This document shows, one piece after another, positions 1-14,500 of a stretch of DNA of 64,000 bases. Source of the DNA: Seison nebaliae (Eukaryota); assembly GCA_023231475.1 (NCBI GenBank), contig JALJEE010000763.1, forward strand, positions 1 to 64,000, written 5' to 3'. Made by a program: the position numbers and the translations under genes. Below the pieces are notes generated by a model. That model saw only the letters and a program-made list of their open reading frames with translations, was not told where the DNA came from and searched no databases. The stretch's first letter is position 1; every line of letters starts with the position of its first letter.

Positions 1-642
1 CTTGATAGATAAAAGGAAAAGAAGTTCTTCGTTTGTCGACAGCATTCGTCGAAAATTCATAAGAAGCTTCTACTCCTTTCATCATAGATGTAAATATCTT
101 CCTCTCAAATTGAAGATAAAATTGTTTTTTACATTCTGTTGTGGTTTCTATGGACTCCAAGCAGCCCTTGGTATTTCCAATAAATTCATAGACTCCTTAG
201 ACAAAGCGTATAATCGGTGCATTCGAATCTTACTCGGTCGCCCTAGACCTTTTTGCAGAGCTCTGATGTTTTCCATTGTAGAACTACCTCCTTTTCCGGT
301 GGTTCTGCTAGAAAGGTATCTCTCGTTGTCGGAAAACATTTTGACATCACCGTTTCCGTTTCCGGAATTTCTGCAATGTGAACGATTTAATTCACCTCTC
401 CATTATTTTTGTTCTTATTATCAAATTACATATCCTTCATCCTTATCGGATGCCAGAAATATGTTTGTCCGTTTCAAAGTAGATGAATATGTACCGGATG
501 CTCTCCTCTCTCACATTCCACTTGGCCGTGGGCTCATTCGTAATAATAATTTTTCCGGTCTCACCAACTTTTTTCCGAATTTAGTTTCTATTTCTTAATT
601 ACCCAAAATTGGGATTGTATTCTTAATAAATAATAATAATAA
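1..642 (+). mobile_element. 3' end of a non-LTR retrotransposon (LINE) ORF2 plus short 3' UTR and (TAA)n tail; truncated by the window edge
   Basis: The ORF is open from the edge to 598 and contains 'KIKLFFTFCCGFYG...SLDKAYNRCIRILLGRPR', which resembles the post-RT (thumb) region of APE-type LINEs. It is followed within 30 nt by AATAAA (625-630) and (TAA)4 (631-642). It has no introns and differs in composition from the host genes. Confidence 0.75.
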
Positions 643-1643
643 AAGGATGAAATACGTTATTCGTTTGTACTACTTGAATGATAATTTTCTTACTCATTAC
701 TCAGCTTTGCTCATTCCTGGTCTGAATAATGTTATCAAACCTTTAACAAAATGAGCAGTTAGGTCAACAACGCTAAGGATTATGTTTCTGTTTATTTGTT
801 AAATAAAATATATTTTACTTAGATTCTAAATAATGTGTTTTTTAAGTCCCCAAATATTTTCCAAATACTCCTTATTTGGTAGTTTGTTTATACTAGGATC
901 ATTATCATCATAATTGACTTAAATCTAGAAACCGTCAAGCTATACCGAACGATGATAAAATTTTGTTTAAAATGCATAAATGGTAACAGATTATATAATT
1001 CTCTTCTGGTTCGAAAATTGGGTATGAGAGATATAATTTTTTGTGAACTAACTAACAGGAAATTAATACATGCATGTCGACTTGTCATTTAGTTATGCAT
1101 TATTTAAACAAATAAAAAAGAGTAGGTACCATTTAGATTTTTTACGCAATATGTCTCCAATTGCTGTTCTCATGTTAGTGAATTTGTTATTCGTCTCAAC
1201 AAGTTTTGACAGTGTACAATAAAAGTATTCTTAAATTAGTTGATTGAATTTTGGCAACATAATTATTCCAATATCAGAATTTTAAGAAAAATTTCAAAAC
1301 TTAAATTACTAACGAATACTGAAAAATAATATTATATATTTATAATAATAAATAGATTATAAATATATCGATTTTAAGTTTTATTGACTATAAATGGAAT
1401 AAAAGAAACGGGAATTGTTTAGTATAGATTAAGAATAATAAAAATCTGGGAGAAAATTACAAAAAATGTTGGAAAAGGTGTTTGAATAAATATTATGAAA
1501 TGAAAATACATACAACATCCAAAAACTATCTTTAAGATAATGATTAGATGTATCTGGAGATGTATAAAAATAGAAGATTGATATAATAAATAAATTAATA
1601 GAAATGAAATTATAATATCACTTAGAAATTTGACATTCTCGGA

Positions 1644-2903
1644 TTATTTCAAAATGTTTTCAATTGAAAATGAATGAGTAGTTGTTGTGGTCGGTTCTTT
1701 ATGTAAATTGTTTCCATTCTCTAAATTTGATAATTGAGTACCGTTTGGAAACGTTATCCCATCTGAATTTATGTCATGTTCATCTAAGTTGTTGTGATTG
1801 GGTACTTTGTTTGATCCGTTTAAATGGTTATACAACATATATGTCAAATATAGTTGGAAATTTTCTTTTAAAGCAAAATCTACTTTATTACTTTGAACTC
1901 CAGATATTTTCTCATCTTTCAATAATTTCTTATTTGGTTTTTCTGATCTTCCTGGTCGCTTAAATTCTCCATTACAATATTGTGATTTGCTGTAAGAAGT
2001 ACGAACACGTCGATTGGCAAACCATTTTTTAACTTGTTTCGGCTTGAGATCAGTTTCCTTAGCTAACGAATTTGTTACATCTTCATTCGGATATGGATAT
2101 GACTGATTCTCATCATACCATTTTCGTAAGATTCTTATAGCATCAGGATCAAGAAATCTCGATTTATTTTTTTTGTTTGAAAATCGATTATCATTTCCAT
2201 TATCACTTGTTCGATTATGTTCGCGTAAAATTTGAGAGTTATCATTGAAACTGTTGTTTTCATTTGAGGAAATTGATGAGGTGAAAATTTTCTGATTCAA
2301 CAATGATTCGTTCGATACTAGTGATGAATTTAACGTTCTATTTATTTGGTTGTTATTAAGAATTTGATTATTCGTATTAGATGTAAATGTTTCATTCTCT
2401 AACAATTTCTGTTGCTGTTGCAAAAGTACTATTTTGAGCAAATGATTTGAAAGATCAGTTCGATTATTACGACTCAATTTACTAGGAGAATCGATTTCAA
2501 ATGAAAATTTTCTCTTACAATTAGTATCTTGCTGATCATCTAAGGAAAGAAAAACGAAAAATTATTATAATTACTTATTTGGGTAATAATTTAAAAATAC
2601 TAACAGAGATATCCAGAATCGCATAATCCATATTTATTTTCGAAATTTATGTTTTCCTTATGAAAACTGCCATGCGACTAAAGATAATAATTATAAAATT
2701 TTTGAAATTATTTAAGCAAAATTAACATCATCAATTGATCGATTATCTTCATCATTTGATTGTACACCGCTGGTATTGCTAGAAAGACTGGCATTCTCAC
2801 TACGGGTCGACTTGTCGCTATTCTCATCAAGAGAGTTATTTGATGATTCTTTCGAATGATTCAAGTGCATCATTGATTGATTAGGTTCATCAATAAGTTT
2901 CAT
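1644..2903 (-). CDS. TALE-class homeodomain transcription factor (3 exons)
   Basis: Homeodomain RFLDPDAIRILRKWYDENQSYPYPNEDV...QVKKWFANRRVR has the TALE PYP loop. Inferred exons 2903-2727, 2677-2605 and 2539-1644 join in frame across GTT..AG introns 2726-2678 and 2604-2540. C-terminus is FSIENILK. Confidence 0.88.
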
Positions 2904-5900
2904 TTTGAAATCTGATAAAGAATACACTAAAAGAAAATCAATAAAATTTTGAGAATGTTCTAAAATAAAAGAATATAAAACGAGAATTATAAATTTTCTT
3001 AGAATATTATCTGACAATTTATACGGGAAATAAATGATCATAACAAATTCTAATAACTATCAAGAGCTGAACAGTTAGAGATGGTGAAATTAGGATTTAC
3101 AAAACAGATTTTCAGCTTGAAAAACAATGCGATAGTTATAGAAAGATAACTGAATAGTATAATCCTTACATGAGATTCACAGTATGCTATAAACCATTCG
3201 ATGGCAAGGTGAGATAACGGAAATTATTCATTCATTAGGTTATTTGAAAATAATTTATCCTCTTAAATTCGAATGATCAAAGACCATATTTGCTTAACAC
3301 GACGATAATCATTCAATTAAGAATGACAAATTCCTTCCTGTAGCTCGAACGAACGTTAAAGGAAATTCTTGTACTGAATCAATGATAAAAAGAAAAAGAC
3401 GATACTTTCATGGAATACTTTTCTTATTTTTATATTATTTTATTGTGGAACGTGGAACGAAATATATCGAGTGCTATATCGTTAATTCAATTCCAATGCT
3501 TAATGAGTAGATGAGACTGATTGCATTAAAATTTATAAATTCCTCCTCATAATCAATATAAAATAATCATTTATTAGCAAGTAATAAGATTGGGAATTTT
3601 GAGTAAACACAACACTGTTACTAATCACATACTCAGTTACCTAGTAATGTTGAGAATGAACTTTCCAGAAATATTTCCAGACCTAAATTAAACATCCTAA
3701 ATGTTAAATTAATATCGCACATAATTGTGAGCTATCAATCTGGGTAGCTCGTTTAACTAGTCTCGCGAACTAACTCGCAACAACTAACAAATGGAAACAT
3801 TCATTTAAACATTGAACTTTAACTAAAAACCAACCAGGTCTTAATGTTTTTTTTCAAATAAACGAAAATTTATTATATTCTTCTTATATATCAATTTTGG
3901 AAAATCTTGTATTTATGAACGAAAATCTTCACCACTTTTACACTCATTAGAAATGTAATTGAGATGGACTTTCAAAAGATTTCTAACGGCAGAATTCACA
4001 GATCTGTTCCGCTATTTGATGAAGAAACGAAGACTCGAAAGTATTCTATCTGCACTATAAGGATTTTTGAAAATATCACAATTTATTTGATTAAATTGGA
4101 AGAATTCATGATAATCAAAGAAGCGAAGAACTGGAAAGTATGAAAAAAATGAGAAACCGGAAAATTTTGAGTTAAGAAAAAAAGTTATGTGGTATATTCA
4201 ATATTTCTTATTTAGATATTTATACGGAAATTAAGGTATGGAGACCGAAATAATTATACTTTTATGTCGCATACTTCTGACCGAGTAGAAAGTTTTCAAA
4301 ACTGTTAAATTACTTCATCGAATTATGAAACAAGGTAGTGTGTTCCAAACAATTGTTTCAATTTGGCTACTCGATGTTGAAGAGTTTTGAATCGTCCAAT
4401 TTATCGAAGAAACATGAGAAATAATAGAATGATGCTAAGGAAAGATCTCAATTTGCAAGAAATATTGAGTCAGACGACCAAACTGTTTTGGAGAATATAA
4501 TACGGAAATATTCATAAAAAATGGATATATACGAACGAATGTACACTAAAAAACTTTCATAATTGACAATTTCTTCTCTGGTTGTCGATGGAGCGTAAGA
4601 TAATGATACATATTTAGTTAGATCATCAAATTTGCCTAATGAGCGCTCAAAATAAATTCAACGAATGAAACGAAACAAAGAAAAATAGTATTGAATCCCC
4701 AAAGACTAGCTCGTTGATTAGGTTCCTCTTTCGAGCTCGATGTTTTAGTAGGAAAGAGTTCGATAATTATGATGGTGGTAGTGGTGATCGCTTTGTTTTC
4801 TTTTTTCATATTTACTTGTCAATGGATCTTTCAGATGGATCTTATGCTGTGATCATAAAGAAAGAAGATCCATTCTTCGCTTTTCAAACGATACGATTTC
4901 CTCTTACCCACCGAATCAATAAGAACGTCTCACGTCCATATGAAAGTAAAATAAAAAGCGACTGACACATTAAGTTACACCCAGAAATATCAATGTAGAG
5001 TGTAGCGATAAAAGATCCGATGGGTAGTAAATATCATAAAGTTCGTTCAGATACCTTGCTACTTTCGTTCGTCTAAATGGATAGGTATTAAGGAACAAAA
5101 TTAAATAAACTATTGTTCGTAGAGAAGAGATCTAAAAATATTGATTTGAACGAATCGATGATATCTTTCTCGCAGTTAGTGGTAATAGATTCATCAACAA
5201 CTCTGATAAACGAATCAATCAGAAATTTGTCACAGCCAATCGATTTCAAGCATAATCAAGATATAATTCTCGCTTAATCGGATGAACAAAAACGGATACT
5301 TTAGTCTATCAAATATTGTTATACATCTTCCTCTTAAAAGTTTTTAAATTTTTCATCATTTAAAAATAGTATTAAAAATTCCGGGGATGCTTTTGCAGAA
5401 GAACATTTTCTGTTTTTCTTCTTCGGATCAACTTAACATCATTAGTCATATTTAGTTAATTAAAAATGGATATTATTCAGTTTCAATTGGGTTTCAGATT
5501 TATCATTCTCGTTATCAACATAATTTATTAAATTAAAATGACTTCTATACAAACAAGTTCGTTCATTATGTCATTGTTCAACATTTTGGTTTCAACGTTT
5601 CAAATTAAACTAATAAATTAAAGAATCGGTTAATCAAATAATCAAGTAATGAGATCACAACAGTATAACCAATCATGACAGAGGATAAGAAGAGAACAAA
5701 AGTTATTTAAATTAGCATTTCAGTTTCTTGTTATTAACCAGTTTTACTACTTATGGGAAGTTATGATTCCAATATTTTCATGTTATCAGTTTTCAATTAA
5801 AAATCGTTTACAATATTATTTTAGGGTGTGCATCAGAATTTGCAGACATATGATATTCCTCGATAGAAAAACATCGTCCATATGGAAAAACATTGTATAA

Positions 5901-7061
5901 GTTATCTTATTGTTTATTCTTAGATTTCATAGTTGCCTCTTCTAATTTCTTTGTTAAAAGTGATTCGTTTAATAATATTTAATTTAAATTAATTAAATTT
6001 TTTAATTCGAAATTACTTTTTGAATTACTTGTGCAATGTCTATGTACCTCCGAAAAGTATCAACCAGTATCAGAATATATGAAAATAGAGAGTATTCTTT
6101 GAATCGATAAGCTATCGATCGAGATGTTTTAAGTTTTTTATCGATTTTAAAATTAATTTTTTCGTTTTTTATTTAGTTTCTGTAATTCCTTCTGGTAATT
6201 CTTTTTTCATTAATTTGCTAAAATAATTAAAAGTCCCGACATTTAGGAAACATTGAATAATTAATGTTCGTTATATAAATAATGTGAATGTGAGATGGTT
6301 CCCATTATCTTCATATTTGTGTTTATTCTGAGAAATCCTTGAGATAAATGGAAATTGTAGAAAACATTATGCTCAAATGAAGAGAATTGGAAAGAGCATA
6401 GTTTTCTGGCCAACAATTATCGGTTATTGTTTTGGATATGAATAAGCATCTAAAAAATTAGAGAAATAGCCAAGGATGAAATTATTTTTGGCAATCATGA
6501 AGTATGATGATGATCATAGATAATACGACCAAAAATCGTATCAACTCGGACAATATAACTAACATACTTTATTGTTGCACATTGAGAAAGACAAGAAGTA
6601 TTCCATCTCTTTTATTTGTGTAATTTGCATTTAAATAATTGAAAGTTCTCTTTTTCGATAATGAGGAAGATGAAATAATTAATATTCGTTATTATCTTCA
6701 ACAACTTCACTTATATGAATGATCTTTTGTATATTACACATTATGTGCAATATCTTATTATTCAACTAAACTTGGTAAGTTTTCAAGGGCCCACACCATC
6801 CCTCTTGGTGTTATTGTATAAAAGAACGATTGATACATTCAATTTTTCTTATACGAGTTCTTAATAACTTACTATTCATCAAAATTATCGGATGTAAATT
6901 GATGTCCAACAATATCAACTAAATTTTTCAACGAAATTTATTAAGTTTTTACTTTGGAATTTGCTTCAATATATTTCGGGTTTCAAATGTACGGATACAT
7001 TTCTCAATAATTATTATTTCTCTTCTTTAATTTTAATCGTTATATGTATTAAAGTTTCGTT

Positions 7062-9080
7062 ATGACAACTGCTGGTAGCAAACGGAAGCTCTTTCGAGAT
7101 CAAGGAAGACAAACTAGTTTTGAAGATATTCGAACTCCTACAATTGATCATTTCGTTTCGACCGTAACTCAAACTGACCGTCAACAAATAGTGAAGAAAT
7201 CATGTCATCGATCATCAACTATGCCATTGCTACATCATATTACCACTAATAATAATCGAATAACATCGGATAATATGGAAATTTCGAGATTTAAGTTAAG
7301 GAAAGGTGAAATTCGAGTTTCTCCCACTACAATCGATGAAGATTTACCGTTATTTAGAAAACAAAATTTGCTCCAAACACAATACGATTCTGTTATTGAC
7401 GAGAGTTTTTCTTTTGATCAAAGTTTTTCTTTCCAACAATCAATTGAACATCACTCCCAATATAATAAACGACCGATGACTTTAAATGAAGAAGAACTTA
7501 GTTTAGGCTATTCATCAATGGACAGATCAATCGAAAAATATCCATCGATTAATGATGCAATTGATACAAGTGGACAGAACAGTGAAAACAACAATGAGAA
7601 ATATGGGGAATTGGAGAAAGAGTTTCTTACTCATTTGAAATTCGATGAAAGTTCTCAGAAGGATCAGGCATTCTCCTATCATCATACTCCAAAGGAAGCC
7701 TTGACAAGTTCATTAAATTTTCCTAATTTCAATTTATCGGAAATTCGATCGATCATTGAATTTTCATTAAAAAATTTTCTTTGCAACAACTTTTATCGGA
7801 TATCCTTTGTCATCGATAGAAATGACGAATGATTATTGTTTTCTAATGAACTTTTCCTTTCTTCAAATATATACTCACCAATTCTGTTTCTTATTTTTCT
7901 TTAAAAACCAAAAGAATCAATGTCAACACAACAGTATAATCTAGGCGACTTAATCCAATTTCCACATCTCCCCAATTTATTATGTTATATTTATCGTCAA
8001 TTGGAAGCACTTGGTTAGACAATAAATATTTTTAGATTTATTCTGATATTTTTAGATGAGAGTAGAGATAAACAAATTGCTAAATTTGTTTATGCAATCA
8101 CAAAATTTCAACTGAAATTACAACAACACTTGACTGGTCATCTGAAAGATCAGTTTAAGAATATTAAGTATGAGAATTGTTTCGAATTTTATCATTATCT
8201 CACAACTGTCTTATTAATTGAGGAAGAGGTTGATTTCACTCATAATATCATACCGACCGATTTAACAAATTCGAAATATTTACTAAATGAACTCTCAATC
8301 GGTCAATGGTCGACATTGCTCCATCTTCTTTATGATACAGTTGGAAACAGTTAGTAGATCGACATGTCTTCATTACTTCTAAATCGATAATATAATTGAC
8401 AGTTTGTCATGCAAATCATCCTCCATATCAATTAACAAATCAGTTATCGATGAACAGATCGGAAGAGAGATGTGACATTAATCAATTAATTAATTCATTC
8501 GTCCATACCAAAGATCAAAATTTCCTTATAATTCGATTAGGATTCGAAATGAATGAGTTTCCTATCATACCGTATACCAATCCTACTACATCGGTTCCAT
8601 CAGCACCAACTACACCGACCAGATATTTACCCTATAATTTTTATTCAGTCCAATATTTGAATTTGACAAATACGACATCGGGTTTGTTTAATAGAATAAT
8701 TTATTGAAATACTCTTAAATTTATCCATTTTTATTTAACCAAAAGGACCAATACAGTTATGGCAATTTTTATTAAGTTTACTAATGAACATTAATCATCA
8801 AAATATTATTTGCTGGACATGTAATGAATGGGAATTTAAGCTGCGTAATCCGGACGAAGTTGCACGATTGTGGGGTAGAAGAAAAAACAAACCAAAAATG
8901 AATTATGAAAAATTATCACGGGGTTTACGATATTATTACGATAAACATATCATTACTAAAACATCGGGTAAAAGATATGTCTACAAATATGAGTGTGATT
9001 TATCTCTTATTCTACAAAAGACACCGGAACAGCTGTTTTCTTTATTAAATTGCAAACCATTAACCGAAGATGATGAATAA
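7062..9080 (+). CDS. ETS-domain transcription factor, ETS1/ETS2/pointed type (multi-exon; 5' structure approximate)
   Basis: Splicing 8682-8745 restores [11 protein letters not shown], followed by [51 protein letters not shown] and an ETS1-like tail ([14 protein letters not shown]). ORFs at 8130 and 8396 link in frame through short introns. The link to ORF 7062-7832 is likely, but I could not resolve its junction. Confidence 0.85.
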
Positions 9081-9644
9081 AAATTTCAGTATGTTTTGTC
9101 ATCTTTTATTTTGCAATATTCTTCGAAAGAATTCTAGTCCAAAGTTTTTAAAAATTTATTCTCTTACCAGTTGAACAATTGTTATTATAATTAACATTCT
9201 TAATAATTAAATTTTTATTCTTGAAATTTATTATTCAAAATCCTCTCGTAACAATTCATAAGTAAAATTAACTATTAACATAGGAATTGTCTTCTTTGAA
9301 GTTTGAAAAGGAGCGTTTACAACCTAATAAACTTCGAATGCATCGATTATATGCTCGATCTAAAGCGTACATTGATTTCATTGAAAATCGCATCCTTCCA
9401 TTTGTATGCTTATTTAGAAAGAGATATCTATCACATGATTATTTCTTTACATGATACATGATTATATTAATAAATTATTAATGAATAATAATTTATTTTT
9501 TCCAAACATATGTTGAAGTCAATTTTTCGACCACTGGCTATGGTTCCCACTGATTCACAAACCTATGGTTCAAATCATTTATTTTTTTATTGTAAATGTA
9601 AATCCCTATAGGGTAATTGACTTTAGCCATATAATAATTATTAA

Positions 9645-10100
9645 TATATATATGATATTACTCTTCAATCATCCATTTTTAACTGTTCCATCCTTCACAG
9701 TACACAACCGGCGTTCCTGTCAGATCACACTTCTTTGACGTGCTCTCTTTCTCTCAGCGTTCGCAAGACAACACGCTACCGCAATCCTTCCCATATTCCT
9801 TCCACGAGAGTTGGTCGAAACTACTGTAAAACGAACGACATAATCCAAGAATCTCTGGCACATCGATTCAAATGTTTTTTCGACCGTGACCATAACTCGA
9901 TGGACTCGTCACAACTAATGTTATTCCTCACTCATTTCTCAGCCACTTCTTACACTGCACAGTCACATTCAATATGGAAAGACTCTCCAGCCTTTCCCAC
10001 ACCATTGCCAGAAATAACCGCTGCATTAATCCGAGCTAAGAAGGCTTTCATAGCGTACGACGTCTCCGTCGAATTAAATCGTCGAAATAAATATATATAA
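9645..10100 (+). pseudogene. Possible LINE ORF2 fragment (end of AP-endonuclease domain plus linker)
   Basis: The frame is open upstream of the listed 9735 ORF and reads YIYDITLQSSIFNCSILHSTQPAFLSDHTSLTCSLSL, resembling the terminal 'D...SDH' motifs of EEP domains. It sits in a GC-richer island with abrupt AT-rich borders and lacks an initiator ATG at the 5' end of the frame. Confidence 0.4.
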
Positions 10101-11533
10101 TCATGATATTAATAATAATTAAATTATTATTCATTATTACGATGATTATCGATGTTTGAGAACTTCACATATCCATTCTCTATCACAGAACCCATATAAA
10201 CGATAAATTTATTCAATTATAAAAAAATACCTACATAAATAATTACAAATCAGCACAGTTTTTACTGTTTTCACCTCCATAATGGACAGAGGGGAAATAC
10301 CGAAAATACATACAAATTTATATATATAGGTGGCGAAAACCTCGACAATACACAAGCAGAATGGTCTAGAGTAACTCTCCATTTCTAGAAAATAAAGCTT
10401 ACAATCTGGTGATAAGCTTGTCACAATCTTGTCAGATGTGTCCATAAGAGTGGGGGAAAACAAGACGTATAGACACAGGATGGTTCATCATGAGGGTGGT
10501 GAACAGCCCGAAATGAATAAAATGAGGTGGTAAAATATAATGGTGGAGAAAACACCGTGATTCATAATGTCAGATAAAAAAAATTAGATTTCTTATAGAA
10601 TACGTTTGATTGAAGAACAACGAAGAATCATTGAAGAAATTTAATGTAAAATTCACTTCAAATCGATTATCTACTTAATCTGAACAACTTCAGCACTGCT
10701 CCCCAAGTATATTATATAGCATATAATATTCTTTCGCATCTAATACAAGGACTTTTCAATTTTATTCGTAAATTGTTCCATATTGTTTTTTAAGCGCATT
10801 TTATTGATCTGTAGTATTGTAAACATTTCCAGTCTATCATGAAAGGGTACCCACTGATCTTTTTAGGACGATTTAAGACATACATTTAGTATAACAGTAT
10901 TTAGCATCTAATAATTTTAATCAGTTACTTTTCTTAGCAAGTCTATTTTACTGTCTCTCAATTTGAAAAGTACGCTTTCGTCAGACAAATAAGTAATTTT
11001 TAATCCTAAAATTTCTCTCGTCGAAAATTAGCAATATTAGTTCCCGAACATCTGTTTTTTCTTATTTTAAAATTTATTTGATATACAACTTAAAAGTAAG
11101 ATTTTCAACATTTTCCCAATATTTCCCAGAAGCACAGTATGCTAAATATATCATATTTCTAACATAAAGCGAGTAATAGTGTATGGTAGAGACCAAATTA
11201 TATTCATTTCCTTAACTAATTGCAAGCTTCAATTGATAAGTTTCTCATTTTGATTATCTGTGTTTGTGTAAATCTAGTTAATTTATTAGTAGAGAAATGT
11301 TCTTTGTTTAATTGTCATACAATTCTCAGTCCCTTTTTATGATCTTTATAAATTATAATCGATAATCGATAATTATAATCATCTACTGATTCGTCGACAA
11401 TGAGTAGTAATTTTGACTACATTTGAACAATTGATAGATGATTCCGTGAGATATGTTTGCTGGAAGTATATTAGCGTATATCATTGATCAGTGTATGATT
11501 AATAATTAGAAAATCAATATAACTTTCGAAATT

Positions 11534-14500
11534 ATGACAAATTTTTCTCGAAATGTTAAACTTTGTTGTTGGAAGAATTGGATATGTATTCGAAGACATG
11601 TTTTTCCGTTCATCGTCGAATTATTACTACCTATTATTATACCGGTTGCCATCATGGTTTTCGTCCGATATGAGATACCGGCCGAAAGTTTTACAAATAC
11701 AACTTCCTGGGAATCAATTAATCCTAATGGTGGGAGATTATTTTTACATAACGGATGTATTGCATATACTCCTGTCTCAACCAATAATGACAAATTAATG
11801 GGACGATTAGGAAAAGTTCTCCAATTGACAATTGTTCCTTTTAAGAATGAAGTGGAGATGGAGAGAGCAGCATTAAATTGGGAAAAGGAGAGATGGTATG
11901 GAGGAATCGTTTTCATGAGTGATATAAAGGATGAAGAAATCGTCTATTATAAAATACGGATGCCAAATCGATTGCGAGTCATAACTTATGGAGATGCTCA
12001 ATGGAAAACGAATATGATGCACGTTCGGAAAATTATCTCATTAAAACCGAGAGATATAACAGATAAGACTGGAGGACCTCCAAATTATTGGGAGGAAGGA
12101 TTCATTAAATTACAATGGGCAATTGACAATGAATTAACTGGATCGACAATAGAATTAGATGAATTACAAAGAATGACTTATCCACCGTTCAATGCGGATA
12201 AGATCGCTAATTTATTATCAAATCAATTACCATTTATCTTCACTCTCAGTTACATGTTCATTGTGATATTTGCAACACGATTGATTACGATGGAGAAAGA
12301 ATCAGGAGTAAGAGAATTAATGAAATTACATGGCCTTACTCGAACACAACAATGGATAGCATGGTCTATTCGTTTGATAAGTTTAATGATAATTTCTTGT
12401 ATTATTATTACAATTTTTTTTAAAGTTTTTTTCTTTTTTTCTCTTCTTTCATAAATTAATATATTCTTAATTAAATGTAGATTAAAATACCTGGACAAGA
12501 TAGTACGTTTGAAGCAACTGAAATTCTCCGATTTAGTTCTGGCAGTTGTTTCTTTGTCCTTATCTTCCTCCATTCACTTCTCTCCATCACTTTCATCTTA
12601 TTGTTGGGAGCTATCTTTAACAAAGGTTATGCTGGAGCACTTGGCAGTGCAATCATTTGGTTTCTCACGTATGTGCCCTATACATTCATTCGAGGAAGGA
12701 AATTGCCATTAATTGCACGATTCTTTATTTCATTTCTTCCTAATATGCCAATATCATTTGGATCAGAATTATTAAGTCAATTCGAAGGACGTTCAGAAGG
12801 ATTACATTGGTCAAATATTACTAAAGATTATTTGGAATCATATCCCTTCATCTACATTTTTCTCTTTATGATATTCGATTTCTTCTTTTATCTACTTCTC
12901 GCCATTTATATCGATGATGTGAATCCTGGAGAGTTTGGGGTACCAAAATCATGGTATTATCCGTTAACGGTTTCTACATTTCTTCCAAGAAATAACATAA
13001 ATTTCATTTTAAACAAAACTTTAGTGTTGCTACCATTCTTGTAAAAAGAATAAATATGAATATGTTACCGATCCATATGTTACACAAATTACATCAGAAA
13101 GTGAATCGAATGTTACATCGAACGCTAATATGTTTGAAACGAATTCTATCACAAACAAAGAGGTAATCGTAGATATTATCGATCTGAGAAAGGTGTTTCG
13201 TGGACGGAATGGTCAGAAAAAAATTGCTGTAGATAATTTAAATATGAAAGTTTATGAGAATGAAATAACTGCTTTTCTTGGTCATAACGGTGCTGGAAAG
13301 AGTACGACGATTAATATCTTAACTGGAATTATGAAAGCAACATCAGGATCGATAATTTTCAATTCGACAGATATCGTGAAATATCCGAATGAAATTCGAA
13401 ATTCTATTGGACTGTGTCAACAGAAAAATATTCTTTTCGATTATATGACAGTTGATGAACATCTCTATTTTTTCGCACGTCTCAAAAATGCTCGAGATGT
13501 TGAAGAAGAGAAAGAGAAATATTTAGGAGAATTGGGATTGGAAGAGAAACATTCAGCTCAATCGAGAACATTATCAGGTGGTCAAAAAAGACGATTGTGT
13601 ATTGGAATCGCTTTCTGTGGTAATTCGTCGTTAGTGATTTTAGATGAACCGACAGCTGGTGTTGATCCTTCAGCTCGTCGTGAAATTTGGAATATTCTCC
13701 GATCAAATAAAACGGGAAGAACAATTTTATTGACAACTCACTTTATGGACGAAGCTGATTTACTCGGTGATCGAATTGGAATTATGGTAGATGGAAGATT
13801 ACAATGTTTCGGTTCCTCTATGTTCCTCAAATCTCGATATGGATTAGGATATCGATTAACTTGTTCGTTAAAAGATAAGAATAATGTTGGAGAAGAAATG
13901 TCGAAACAAGTGATAGAATGGTTGAGAATTGAAGGTGGAATGAAAGAATCATCGATAATAACAGCAATCGGAAATGAAATGTCTTTTCGATTACCAAAAG
14001 AAGGTTCATTCGACGGTCGATTAAGTGCAATGTTGAGATTGTTAGATAAGAAAAAAGAAGAATTCTTTATCGATAAATGTGGATTATCTATAACGACATT
14101 AGAAGAAGTTTTCCTTCGAGCAGTAAAAAGTAAATCAAAAGTAGAAAATGTGAAACATTATCAAGAAAGTAATAGTAATGATAATGATGATGGAGTTAAT
14201 GTTTCTTCACAATTAATTGACGAATATGTAAAGAAAGATTATCGTGTCTTATATGGAATGGCGAGAAAGAAACAACAGACGAGAGGTTTATTTCAGAAAA
14301 TTTATTATGGAAATATTAGACGATGGTGGTTCGCTATTATTCAAATATTAATACCTGTCTTCTTCACCGTCATGGCGATTGTTTCGACAAAACTTATCAA
14401 ATCTAGAACTAAAGAAATTTCTTTGTTAATCGGACCTGGAACGTATAACAAACAAATATTTCCTTATCAATTTATAGAAGATTTTTCTAATGAAACCAAA

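Noticed and set aside
4714..4965. 83-aa ORF between the homeobox and ETS genes
   Set aside because: Non-ATG start, no domain and no supporting splice structure.
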